A stretch of DNA of 64,000 nucleotides from Mobula hypostoma (Eukaryota). Both the position numbers and the translations under genes were made by a program. Positions within the stretch are counted from its first letter, which is position 1; the number at the start of each line of letters is the position of its first letter. The stretch covers positions 4,030,001 to 4,094,000 of the forward strand of contig NC_086097.1 of the NCBI RefSeq assembly GCF_963921235.1. The letters are read 5' to 3'. This document shows, piece by piece, positions 24,592-36,501 of this stretch. The notes under the pieces were generated by a model that saw nothing but the letters and a program-made list of their open reading frames with translations, made no database searches and was not told the origin of the DNA.

Positions 24592-27310
24592 CCACAAGAC
24601 CATAAGATATAGGAGCAGAATTAGGCCATTTGGCCCATTGAGTCTGCTCCACCATTTCACCATAGCTGATCCATTTTTCTTCTCAGCCCCAATGTCCTTC
24701 CTTACCCCCATATTGCATCATGCCCTAACCAATCAAGAATTATCAACCTCTGCCTTAAATATACATAAAGACTTGGCCTGCACGAATTCCACAATTCACC
24801 ACTCTCTGGCTAAAGAAATTCTTCCTTGTCTCCATTTTAAAAGGATGCCCCTTTATTCTGAGTCTGTATCTTCTGCTCTTAGACATTCCCATGATAGGAA
24901 ACTTCCTCTCCACATTCACTCTATCAAGGCCTTTCACCATATGCTAAGTTTCAATAAGGTCATCCCTCATTATTCTGAATTCCAGTACCCAGAGCCATCA
25001 AATGCTCTTCATATGACAAGCTGTTTAATCCTGGGATCATTTTGATGAACCTGCTTTGAACCCTCTCCAATGTCAGCATATCCTTTCTAAGATAAGGGGC
25101 CCAAAACTGTTCACGATACTCCAGTGAGGCCTCACCAGTGCTTTATAAAGCCTCAGCATTACATCCTTGCTTTTATATTCTAGTTCCTCTTGAAATTAAT
25201 GCTAATATCACATTTGGCTTCCTCACCATCGACCCAACCTGCAAATTAACCTTTGGGGAATTACCAAGACCCTTTGCACTTCAGATTTTTGTATTTTCTC
25301 CCCATTTAGAATATAATTATTCCTTTCATTTCTTCTACCAAAGTGCACGGCCATACACTCCCCAACACTGTATTCCATCTGCCGCTTCTTTGACCACTCT
25401 TCTAATCTGTTGAAGTCCTTCTGAAGCCTCTCTACTTCCTCAAATTTACCTGCTTCTCTACCTAGTTTGTATAGTCTGGAAACTTTGCAACAAAGCCAAC
25501 AATTTCATCGTTGACATATGACCTAAAAATAATTGGTCCCATCACAGACACCTGGCAGCTAGCCAGAAAAGGCTCCCTTTATTCTTACTCTTTCCCTCCT
25601 GCCAATCAGTCACTGCTTTATCCATGCTAGAAACTTTCCTGTGGGGCACCTTGTCTGAGGAGCCTCATGTGTGGTACCTTGTTTGAAGCCTTCTGAAAAT
25701 ACAAGTACACAAGATCAACTGATTCTCCTTTGTCTATACTACTTGTTAGTACTTCAAAGAAATCTAACAGATTTGGCAGGCAAGATTTTCCCTTGAGGAA
25801 ACCTACCTGTCTGTGGCCTATTTTATCATGTGCCTCCAAGTACCCTGAATCCACATCTGTAACAATTGACTTCAACATCTTCCCAGCCACTGAGGTTAGA
25901 CTAACTGGCCTATAATTTCCTTTCTTCTGCCTTTTTCACATCTTGAAGAGTGGAGTGACATTTGAAATTTTCCACTCTTCTAGAACCATTTCAGAATCTA
26001 GTGATTCTTGAAAGATAATTACTCATGCCTCCACAATCTCTTCAGCCACCTCTTTCAGAACCCTGGGGTGTACACCCTCTCGTCCAGGTGGCTTGTCTAC
26101 CTTCAGACCTTGCAGTTTCCCAAGAACCTTCTCCCTAGTAATATGTAACTTCACACACTTCATGACACCTGACACCTGGAACTTCCATCATACTGCTAGT
26201 GTCTTCTGCAGTGAAGACTGATGCAAATACTTATTCAGTTCATCTGCCTTGTCCCCCATTACTGCCTCTCCAGCATCATTTTCCAGCAGTCTGCTATCCA
26301 CTCTCACTGTTAAAACATAGAAAACCTACAGCACCATACAGGCCCTTCTGCCCACAAAGCTGTGCCGAACATGTTCTTACCTTCGAAATTACTAAGGGTT
26401 ACCGATAGCCCTCTATTTTTCTAAGCTTCATGTACCTATCCAGGAGTCTCTTAAAAGACCCTATTCCACTGTCACCACCGTCGCTGGCAGCCCAATTCAC
26501 GCATTCACCACTTTTACACTTATTCTTTTACACTTTATGTATTGGAAGAAACTTTTGGTATCCTCTTTAATATTACTGGCTAGCTTACTTTCGTATTCCA
26601 TTTTTATCTTCTTAATTATTTTTTAGTTGCCTTCTGTTGGTATTTAAAAGCTTCCCAATCCTCTAACTTATGAATGATTTTTGCTGTATTATATGCCCTT
26701 TCTTTGGCTTTTATGTTGGTTTTGACTTCCCTAATTAGCCACGGTTTTGTCATCTTGCCTTTAGAATATTTCTTCCTCTTTGGGCTGTATATATCCTGTG
26801 CCTTCTAAATTGCTTCCAGAAATTCCAGCCATTGTTGCTTTGCCATGATCTCTGCCAGTGTTTTTTCCCAATTATTTCTGGCAAACTTCTTTGTCATGCC
26901 TCTGTAATTCCCTTTACTCGAGTGTAATACTGATGCATCTAAATTTAACTTCCCTTCTCAAATTTCAGGGTGAATTCAATCATATTACGATCACTTGCTC
27001 TTAAGGGTTCTTTTACCTGAAAGTCTCTAATCAACCTTGGTTTATTACTCAACACCCTATCCAGAATAGCTGATCTCCTTGTGGACTTAACCACGAGCTT
27101 CTCTAAAAAGCTATCTCATAGGCATTTTAGAAATTCCCCCTCTTGGAATCAAGTACAACCTGATTTTCCCAATCTACCTGCATATTGAGATCCCGCATGA
27201 CTATTGTAACATTGCCCTTTTGGCATGCATTTTCTGTCTCCTGTTGTAACTTGTAGACCATATCTCTACAACTATTTGGGAGTCTGTATATAACTCCCAT
27301 CAGGGGTTAT
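24592..27310 (-). mobile_element. Decayed CR1 LINE (EN-RT) with a nested CR1 tail at about 26312-26510
   Basis: GFLKGKSCLPNLLDFFE and C-terminal RKNFFSQRVVN; (CTTATGGT)n-like tail. Confidence 0.85.
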
Positions 27311-27714
27311 AACTCTCATCATGATGGACAACTTCTGCATTTCCTGTAGATTTGGAGGTAGAGGATCATTTTTTGGCTCATGGAAGTTCAGCAAGTGGGT
27401 CAACAAGGACTTGCAACTTGGCCTCTGAATATACATGCTGGCTGGTTTCAATTGTATACTTCAGCTTGACTACTGAGTTTGACTACTTGATTCTGGTGTG
27501 TAGAGGCATGGTGGATTGGACATTTTCCCATCAGTCCCATACATTGGATCCACTGCAAAAGAAAGGTTATTAGGTGTGAGGTAAAACACTGTGACAAGAA
27601 AGATTGATGGAGCCTTATTTGACACTGGTCTTCACTGTGATTAGATCTGATGTGGTCTTGGTTAGGATCAGGGCTTGTCTGGCGTCATGAAACAAATTGA
27701 CTCCTTTTATATGT

Positions 27715-28670
27715 ACATTAGGAGAGTACAGCACAGGACCAATGTTGTGCCGCACCAGCTAAAAAGCAAATCGAAAACCCTAAATACTAATCCTTCCTAC
27801 CTACACCATGTCCATATTACTCCATCTTTCTTACATTCATGTGCCTATCCAAATGTCTCTGAAAAGCCTCTAATATATTTGCCTCTACCACCAAACCAGG
27901 CAGCGCACTCCAAGCATTCACGACTCTCTGAGTAAAAAACTTACCCCTCACTTCCCCATTATATCTATCCCCTCTGACCTTCAATGTATTAGACATTTCA
28001 ACCCTGAAAAAAGATACTCTCTGTCCACTCTATCTATGTCTCTCATTATCTTGTAAACCTCTATCAGATCTCCCCTCAACCTTCAACGTTACAGAGAAAA
28101 CAACTCAGATTTATCCAGCCTCTCGTTGTAACACTAAACCAGGCAGCATCCTGGTGAATCTCTTCTAAGCCCTCTCCAAAGCCTCAATATCCTTCCTATA
28201 GTGGAGTGACCAGAACTGTATGCAATACTCCAGATGTGGCCTAACCAGTTTTATAAAGTTGCAACATAACCTTCTAACTTTGCCTCGACTCATAAAAGCA
28301 AGAATTCCATAAGCCTTTTTAACACCTTATTGACCTGTGTAGCCACTTTCAAGGAGCTATGAACTTGGATCCCAAGATTTTTATGCCTAACAGCACTGTT
28401 AAGGACCTTGACCTTAGCAGTGTACTGTCTCGTTGCATTTGCCCCACTGAGGCGCCATACTTTACATTTAATTGGGATAAGCTCCATCTGCCATATCTCA
28501 GCCCATATCTGCAACTGGTCTATATTGTGCTGTATTCTTTTCCAGTCTTCTACACTATCCACAACTCCATCAATCTTGGTATCATCCACAAATTTACTAA
28601 ACCACCCATCCAGGTTCTTTATATACTGTACGTTACAAACAGAAGAGGTCCCAGCACAGACCGGCCATTT
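27715..28670 (-). mobile_element. Decayed CR1 3' half
   Basis: Encodes DDTKIDGVVDSVED..LGIQVHSSLKVATQV. Confidence 0.85.
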
Positions 28671-28696
28671 ACCATCTGAAAATATGCAAAAATTAG

Positions 28697-29388
28697 TGTA
28701 GCCCCCCGGCCACCCTCAGGGTCGCTCAGCTCGCTGTTGTCTAGGGAAACAGCCTCGGCCCCGCCAAACTGGCTAATAGTTTTTGTGGATGCTGTGTGAT
28801 GTACCCCACCCCGCCCAAATAACAGACAATACGCCAGATACGATTAAATGATTTACAGTTTATCGATATGATTGGAACTATATAATTAATAGAGAATAAA
28901 ATATAAAAGGAAAATAAAAGGCGCCACACTTATCAAAGTTCAATCTCTTCGTGCATAAAACAGTTGGAGCTCAAGAACCTTCTTCTTCACCCTGCGACCC
29001 CTCAGACCACCCGACCGGCTGCCTGGGACCAACAATGGTGGTCGACCAGACGCTCCACACAACTCCGTCTCTGTCTCCTCACCGAACGCCCTCCTCGGGG
29101 TCTGACCCCGTTAGCGGACGTCACAGCACCTGGTCCATCCTCTGTCTTGCTCTCCTGCCTTCTCCCCCCAAAACCCCACGGATACAGTATCTTCGAATAC
29201 ACCAAAACCATAACGACTATCCCAATCGGTTCATAACATCTTCTTATCAGTAACGTGATTCAACAACTGCTAGCGGGAAGAACTTTCTCAGCGTTTAACA
29301 TAACAAAGAAGCATTCCCAAGTATAACATAACAAAGAAGCCATTTTAGTTAGCCTCCGCTGTAACATAAAAGACGAAACCCCCTTACA
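28697..29388. mobile_element. Solo LTR (692 bp), probably Gypsy type
   Basis: TGTA...TACA termini; 4-bp TSD TTAG at 28693-28696 and 29389-29392; GC-richer than its flanks; no partner LTR in the window. Confidence 0.8.
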
Positions 29389-30089
29389 TTAGTGAAAACA
29401 GTTCCATCTTCCCTGTGTTGTTTATGCATTGCCTTACTATTTCTCTGTCATCCAGTCATGGCCCAAAATTCCTTCCGCGTAAACTTTGGAAAAATACATG
29501 TGTCAGCCTTTTCATTAAACATTGTTTGCTTCCCTTGCTGTCTCCATTGTCCATGAAGCTCTCATTTTCACTTTTCTCACTCTGACATTGATTATTGATA
29601 TATTTTCCTAACTGGCTTTCTGATCTCCACCCTTTATAAAAAAGATCTCAACTCATATGATAAGAGTTGTGTAAACTTGCTTTCGAGAGGACATTTTTGC
29701 CTTGAGTTTTGTGCGGATCAATTGGAATGATGCCAGGATTTGGAGATTTAAATTATGGGAACAGATTTTCTTCTGTGATTTTGTTCTAAAGTTTGAAAAA
29801 TTTTAGATTAAGGTTGTTAGCATGCTAAAATAACTCAATAAGGTATATACAAAGGAAGCATATTACTTTTGAGGAAAATCAAGAAAAATAGATATAATCT
29901 TAAAATCGGACATGTTGGTTGATGAATGAAATTCAGAAATTTAGTTTCTCATGTGATATGCTCAGAAATCCTGATTTCTATCTCATGTGGATGCTCAATC
30001 AATCGAGGCTTTCAAAAATGAGGTTGGTCAGATTTTTGCCAGGGAAAGAGAGAACCTTTGGTTTGTCGATTGTCAGAGGAAATGTGAAG

Positions 30090-30372
30090 CTTTTGGGGTA
30101 ACTTCGGTCTCTGTCTTTGCTATTGCTTAGCACACGCTTGGGCTCAGTGATGGTACCGATGCGCGTTTTTTGCTGGTGGGGGGAGGGAAGGTCATTGCTT
30201 GCTGCCGCTTACGCGCAGGAGGAGGGAGCTGGCGGGGTCTTTGGGGTTCTCATGTTTAACCGTCGTTCATTCTCTGGGGCACTTCTCTGTTTTCATGGAT
30301 GTCTGCGAAGAAAAATCATTTCAGGATGTATAGTGTATACATTTCTCTGACAATAAATTTGACCTTTGAACC
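30090..30372 (+). mobile_element. Non-autonomous element, family A, 3' part
   Basis: Reverse complement of 10340-10600 and 17320-17560; ends AATAAA..ctttgaa. Confidence 0.75.
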
Positions 30373-30384
30373 TATGAATCTTTA

Positions 30385-30783
30385 GAACCATAGAACCATA
30401 GAACATTACAGCACAGAAACAGGCCTTTTGGCCCTTCTTGACTGTGCCAAACCATTTTTCTGCCCCGTCCCACTGACCTGCACCTGGACCATATCCCTCC
30501 ATACACCTCTCATCCAGGTACCTGTCCAAGTTATTCTTAAATGTTAAAAGTGAGCCCGCATTTACCACTTCATCTGGCAGCTCATTCCACACCCCCACCA
30601 CTCTCTGTGTGAAGAAGCCCCCTCTAATGTTCCCTTTAAACTTTTCCCCCTTCACCCTTAACCCATGTCCTCTGGTTTTTTCTCCCGTAGCCTCAGTGGA
30701 AAAAGCCTGCTTGCATTCACTCTATCAATACCCACCATAATTTTATGTACCTCTATCAAATCTCCCCTCATTCTTCTACACTC
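30385..30783 (-). mobile_element. CR1 3' fragment (same subfamily as 59850-61262)
   Basis: Encodes KGEKFKGNIRGGFFTQRVVGVWNELP; (ATGGTTCT)n tail. Confidence 0.9.
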
Positions 30784-31384
30784 TTAAAAAAATTGTGTCA
30801 ATAAGTATGAAGTACAGATTAGCCAGAATCTAGTTTAGTGAGAGAACACTGTTGAAATACTAACTTACTATTGTGCACCTGCCTGTGCTGCTAATATCCT
30901 GTCCTTCAGTTCAAACTGCATTCATCCTTTACTTTGAATCTCCCTAGCCTGTGTTCTTTGGTGCCTTGACTTGATCAATGTATACTTTAAAATTTCTTCC
31001 TTAAAAGTCTTGAGAAGCTTTCTAAAGTTAAAAGCGCTATAATTGAAGTTTATTGTTAAATGATCAAATAGATAAGTATTTGTATACCTGCATTTCGAGA
31101 CTGTGAACATTAATCTGAAATTTACAGTAACTTTCTGATAGGCGATGTCATTGCTAGTTTCTCTTTGTGTCACATGAAATTGTTGGAAATTTGATGTTTG
31201 CTACAGTGTAATAAAATAATTACAAAATCATGAAACAATTGCATTGAATTCCAGTTAATTGGGCCATTGGTTAATCAGGGTAGCCGCTTATCTGGGACAA
31301 CTCTTAAAGAACAAAAACTAATCAAGAAAATTGTCCAGATTTCCTTCATTTATTTGAGACACTAAGCCACTTAATCGGACAGGA

Positions 31385-31545
31385 AACAACAGGAATTCTG
31401 CAGATGCTGGAAATTCAAGCAACACACATCAAAGTTGCTGGTGAACGCAGCAGGCCAGGCAGCATCTCTAGGAAGAGGTGCAGTCGACGTTTCAGGCCGA
31501 GACCCTTCATCAGGACTAACTGAAGGAAGAGTGAGTAAGAGATTT
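31385..31545 (-). repeat. Solo Penelope pLTR fragment
   Basis: Closely matches 47804-47965. Confidence 0.9.
31482..31517 (-). ncRNA. Minimal type I hammerhead ribozyme, intact core
   Basis: The minus strand reads AGUC-CUGAUGA-AGG(GUCUCGG)CCU-GAAA-CG-UC-GACU. Helix I (AGUC/GACU), both core boxes, helix II and the GUC cleavage triplet are all present. Confidence 0.8.
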
Positions 31546-31989
31546 TTGTAAGTGAGTAAGAGATAATTGGACAGGAGACTGTTGCTGAATAGATTCTAAC
31601 TAACTTCAGTGGTGTGTAGTTGTGTGGCTATTAGATACTACACCATGCTTCGAGTGAACAGTTTTAAAATAGCATCATTTGTGTTTTTGTTTTTAAAAAG
31701 CATTGATTTTTGTCATTGACAGTTGATGAGAAATAAATAGTAAGACAATTCTGAACCGTTTTGTTCACTGTGGTTTCAAACATTCAGGCTTGGAGTAGTC
31801 AGAAATGGCCTGGAGTGAAAATGAAAGCATTTCACTATTTCAATCAGTTAGGAACTATAAAGAATTTGAAGGTATCAACAATCATCTTGAATGTTACATG
31901 AAAATGAGCATTTCAAGAATGCAATCGTGAAGATTTGAAGGCAGTCCATTATCTGCACTAGGTTTCTGCTGATTTTGTTCATTGTGTGC

Positions 31990-32548
31990 CTAAGAAGATT
32001 AGAATGAACTGTCTTAGTGACTATTGTCCATCTTTGGTGATGAAATGCTTTGAGAGGTTGGTCATGTCTAGAATCAACTCCTGCCTCAGCAAGGACCTGG
32101 ACCCACTGAATTTTGTCTATTGCCACAATAGGTCTACAGCAGATGAAATCTTACTGGCTCTTTACATGGCCTTAGAGCACTTGAACAATATAAACACCGA
32201 CATCAGGATGCTGTTCTTTGAGTATAGCTCAGTGTTTAACACCATCATTTCCATAGTCCTGATCGATAAGCTACAGAACCTGGGCCTCTGTACCTCTACC
32301 TGCTTTTGGATCCTTGACTTTGTAACCAGAAGACAATCTGTGTGGATTGGTAATAATATCTCCTCCTCGCTGACGATCAACACTGGCGCGCCATAGAGAT
32401 GTGTGCTTAGCCCACTGCTCTACTCCCTATATACCCATGGCTGTGTGGCTAGGTATAGCTCAAATACCTTCTATAAATTTGCTGTTGATACAACTATTGT
32501 TGGTAGAATCTCAGGTGGAGAGGAGAAGGCTACAGGACCAAGATAGAA
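31990..32548 (+). mobile_element. Rex1-type RT fragment
   Basis: Encodes VMKCFERLV..DLDPLNFVYCHNRSTADEI..EYSSVFNTI..INTGAP; homologous to 56440-56960. Confidence 0.9.
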
Positions 32549-32789
32549 CATGATTTCTAGCTTTAATAGAAATCTTTCTAAAATGGCTTACTGTTTCCCA
32601 AGTGGAGCACCATCTTTCAAACCACAGCTCTTCAGTGATGATGAGATTGGTGCATTCTCCAGGTATGATATCTTAATTACTCCTTTTGCCTTTTCATCAG
32701 GTTCGAGATTCAACATTGAAGATTGTCCTGCCCTTCTTCATCTGCTCTTCATTCTAGCCCAGGCTCCACTTCAATTGTGAGCATTCTAC

Positions 32790-33670
32790 ATTCAGGATTG
32801 TTTAATGTCATTTCCAGTACACAAGTGTAAAGCAGAATAAAATAATTGTTACTCCGGATCTGATACAGAATTAAAAAAAAGAACACAATAATAATAAAAA
32901 CACATAGGCTAGCTGATGTACATAGACTGATTGTATGTCCATCAAGTGGTGCGAGGCACAGGATTATCTGTACATAAAGTAACTGACAGGAAATTATAAG
33001 GTAGTGGTGGCGAGTGTGGAGGGGTGGGTTAGCAGGTGTAGGTATTGATCAACCTTACTGTTTGGAGAAAGTAATTGTTTTTGACTGTGGTGGTCCTGGC
33101 ATGGATGCTATGTAGCCTCCCCTTTGATGGGAGTGGGACAAAGAGTCCACGAGCAGGTTAGATGAGACCCATCATGATGTTTCTGGTCCTTTTACGGCAC
33201 CTTTCTGTATATATGTCCTTGTTGGCGGCTGGGCTGTGCCAGTGATACATTGGGCTGTTTTGATCACCTGTGTCGAGCCTTCCTGTCCACTGAAGTGCAG
33301 TTTCCATAGCATGCAGTGATGCAGCTTGTTAGGATGCTCTCTACTATCAAGCAGTAGTAAATCAATGCAACTGGACTTGCTGTGTTGTCTAAACGGCATT
33401 TTGCCACTCACCTGAAAGGTGAGTGAGGTTATTCGCCGGAAAACTATCTACCATGGATCAGAACTGAAGATGCCTCCCGGATGAGTGGCGAAACATTTTT
33501 GAGACAACTCAGGAAGTCCAGTTGCCCTGATTCACTACTGCTAGATGTACAATGACCTGGATGATTGAGAACCTTCATAGACATGATGCTCTCTACTGCA
33601 CTTCTGTAGAATAACGTGCATAGTTCAGCTCTCTTCCGCCTCCTCAGAAAGTAGAGGTGTCGGTGACCTC
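32790..33670 (-). mobile_element. Rex1/L2-type 3' fragment interrupted by a Penelope-derived fold-back
   Basis: Encodes RHLYFLRRRKRAEL..FYRSAVESI and VIKTAQCITG; 3' UTR is like 2150-2600. Confidence 0.7.
33346..33584 (+). mobile_element. Penelope-derived fold-back mini-element (third family) with a hammerhead motif
   Basis: Inverted arms at 33350-33419 and 33473-33542. 13-bp TSD GATGCTCTCTACT (33333-33345 and 33585-33597). CUGAAGA..GCC..GGC-GAAA at 33464-33493. Confidence 0.75.
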
Positions 33671-33899
33671 TCCATATCACTCTGTTTCTTTCATAGCATA
33701 AACGCCTGTTTCCAATCCCCTTCATTCTGAACGCATCTGTTTCTGTTCTCTTCAATTATCCTCTGTACATTCTCATTGCATTTTAGGTGACTGTTATATT
33801 TATGATTTCCAATTATGCTCATTCCTACACATGGAAATATTTTTCCTGATCCATGATATTTGTAAATTATTCATATTTTTACTTGTATAGTATCACTAA

Positions 33900-35950
33900 A
33901 TGAGAGACACAGAGATGACAGAAGAACTGAATGCGTATTTTGCATCAGTCTTCACAGTTGAAGACATATGCAGTAAACCGGATATTCAAGTCTGTCAGGG
34001 AAGTGAAGTGAAAATTATGACTGAGAAGGTGCTCAGGAAGCTTAATGGTCTGAGGATGGATAAATCTCCTGGACCCGATGGAATGCACCCTCGGGTTCTG
34101 AAGGAAGTAGCTGGAGAGATTGCGGAGGCACTAACAATGATCTTTCAAGAATCAATAGATTCTGGCATTGTACCGGATGACTGGAAAATTGCATAAGTTA
34201 CTCCGCTATTTAAGAAGGGTGGGAGGCAGCAGAAAGGAAACTATAGACCTGTTAGCCTGAAATCGGTGGTTGGGAAGTTGTTGGAATCGATTGTTAGGGA
34301 TGAGATTATGGAGTACCAGGAGGCACATGACAAGATAGGCCAAAGCCAGCATGGTTTCCTGAAAGGAAGATCCTGCTTGACAAACCTACTGCAATTTTTT
34401 GAGGAAATTACAAGCAGGGTAGACAAAGGAGATGTAGTAGATATGGTGTACTTGGATTTTCAGAAGGCCTTTGACAAGGTGCTGCACATGAGACTGCTCA
34501 GCAAGGTAAGATCCCATGGAATTACAGGGAAGTTACAGTGTAGTTGGAGCATTGGCTGATTAGCAGAAAACACAGTGGGAATAAAGTGATCCTATTCTGG
34601 TTGGCTGCCGGGTACCAGTGGAGTTCCACAGGGCTCGGTGTTGGGACGGCTGCTTTTTACGATGTATGTCAATGATTTGGACTATGGATTTGAAGCTAAA
34701 TTTGCCAATGATACAAAGATAGGTGGAGGAGCGGGTGGTGTTGAGGAAATAGAGAGCCTGCAGAGAGACTTAGATAGTTTAGGGGAATGGCCAAAGAAGT
34801 GCGAAATCAAATGCAATGTTGGAAAGTGTAAGGTCAGGCACTTTGGTGGAAGAAATAAATGGGCAGGTTATTATTTAGATAGGGAGAGAATTCAAAATGC
34901 AGAGATGCAAAGAGACTTGCCTAAAGGTTAACCTCCAGGTTGAGTTGGTGGCAAAGAAGGCAAATGCAACGTTGGCATTCATTTCTAGAGGTATAGAATA
35001 TAAGACCAGGGATGTGATGTTAAGGCCCTATAATGCACTTGTGAGACCACACTTAGAGTATTGTGTGCAGTTTTGGGCTCCTTATTTCAGAAAGGATATA
35101 CTGACATTGGAGAGGATTCAGAGAGGATTCACAAGAATGATTCCAGGAATAAAGGGTTACCGTGTGAGGAACGTCTGTCAACTCTTGGGCTGTATTCTCT
35201 GGAGTTCAGGAGAATGAGGGGGGATCTCTTAGAAACATTCTGAATGTTAAAAGACCTGAACAGATTAGATATGGCAAAGTTATTTCCCATGGTAGGGGAG
35301 TCCAGAACAAGAGACAATGACTTCAGAATTGAAGGACGTCCATTTAGAACAGAGATGTGGAGAAATTACTTTAGTCAGAAAGTGGTAAATCTGTGGAACT
35401 TGTTACCATGAGTGGCTGTGGAGGCCAAGTCACTGGGTGCATTTAAGGCTGAGATAGATAGGTTCTTGATTAGCCAGGGCCTCAAAAGGTATGGAGAGAA
35501 GGCAGTGGAGTGGGGATGACTGGAAGAATTGAATCAGCCCATGGTTGAATGGTGGAGCAGACTTGATGGGCCGAATGGCCTAATTCTGCTCCTATATCTA
35601 ATGGCCTTATGGTCTTACGGTCACTCGAAATGTACCTAGATGTATTCGGGCCATTTAAGAAACTCTTACATAGGTAGATTCTTGATTAGTCAGCGCATGA
35701 AGGGATATGGGGTGAAGGCAGGAGATTGGGGCTGAGAGGAAAAATGGATCAACCATGATGAAATGGCAGAGCAGACTTGATGGGCCAAATTGCCTAATTC
35801 TGCTCCTATATCTTATGGCCTTATGGTGGTACATGGAAAAGATGGAGGGGTCTGTGGGAGGGAAGAGTTAGAATTATCTTACAGTACGCTAAGAGATCAG
35901 CCCATCATGATGTGCTGAAGGACCTGTACTGTGCTGTCCTTTCCTATGTT
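33900..35950 (+). mobile_element. CR1 LINE RT region followed by additional stacked CR1 tails
   Basis: DKSPGPDGMHPRVLKE, YLDFQKAFDKV and LVRPHLEYCVQFW motifs; two similar 3' UTRs end near 35620 and 35825. Confidence 0.9.
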
Positions 35951-36501
35951 CCATTTTACCCTAGGTGAAGAGATTTCATTCATTCATTATCATTTCCTGA
36001 AATAAATTCTGTTGTTTGCACTTTGATATCTTGTACATCTTGTCTGCACATTCCAATATGTCTACTTCTTTCATAACAAGACAAATAAAACTGCCTACAG
36101 TACTGTGGTCTAATCAAGGGTTGATAGAGATTTTGCATAACTTTGTCAAATAGAGGTTAATGGTCAGTTTGATTTTTTTTTTCAAATGACATGCATCTTC
36201 TGATTGCCTTAGTACCCAGAGATCATGTTGATTCTCTTATTCGCTTATGTGTATATCCTTTAAGCAGTTAGTGACATCTGTGTTCTTCCTACAAAAAATG
36301 TACTGCATTGTGTTTAATTCTGTAGAATCACAATTTGCTGATTATTTACTTATTCTGCAAATTTATAAATTATTTCTGTGAATTTAGAAGTATTATGCTT
36401 CTAATTCCAGTAAAAGGAAAAGACATTGAATATTCAGAACTAAATATTTTTAAATACTAATTTAAATTTGAAAATAAAGGACTTGCAGGACTTGACAGAG
36501 T

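Larger units (their letters stand above)
31242..31985 (+). mobile_element. Possible Tigger/pogo-like non-autonomous DNA element fragment carrying a Penelope pLTR insertion
   Basis: Internal repeated motif ttaat.gg(g)ac/gcc near the left end. Similar 13-mers (taatcggacagga and taattggacagga) flank the pLTR. The family assignment is by resemblance only. Confidence 0.35.

Noticed and set aside
32560..32780. Possible exon on either strand between repeats
   Set aside because: Splice-like signals occur on both strands, with no recognisable peptide and no supporting neighbours.
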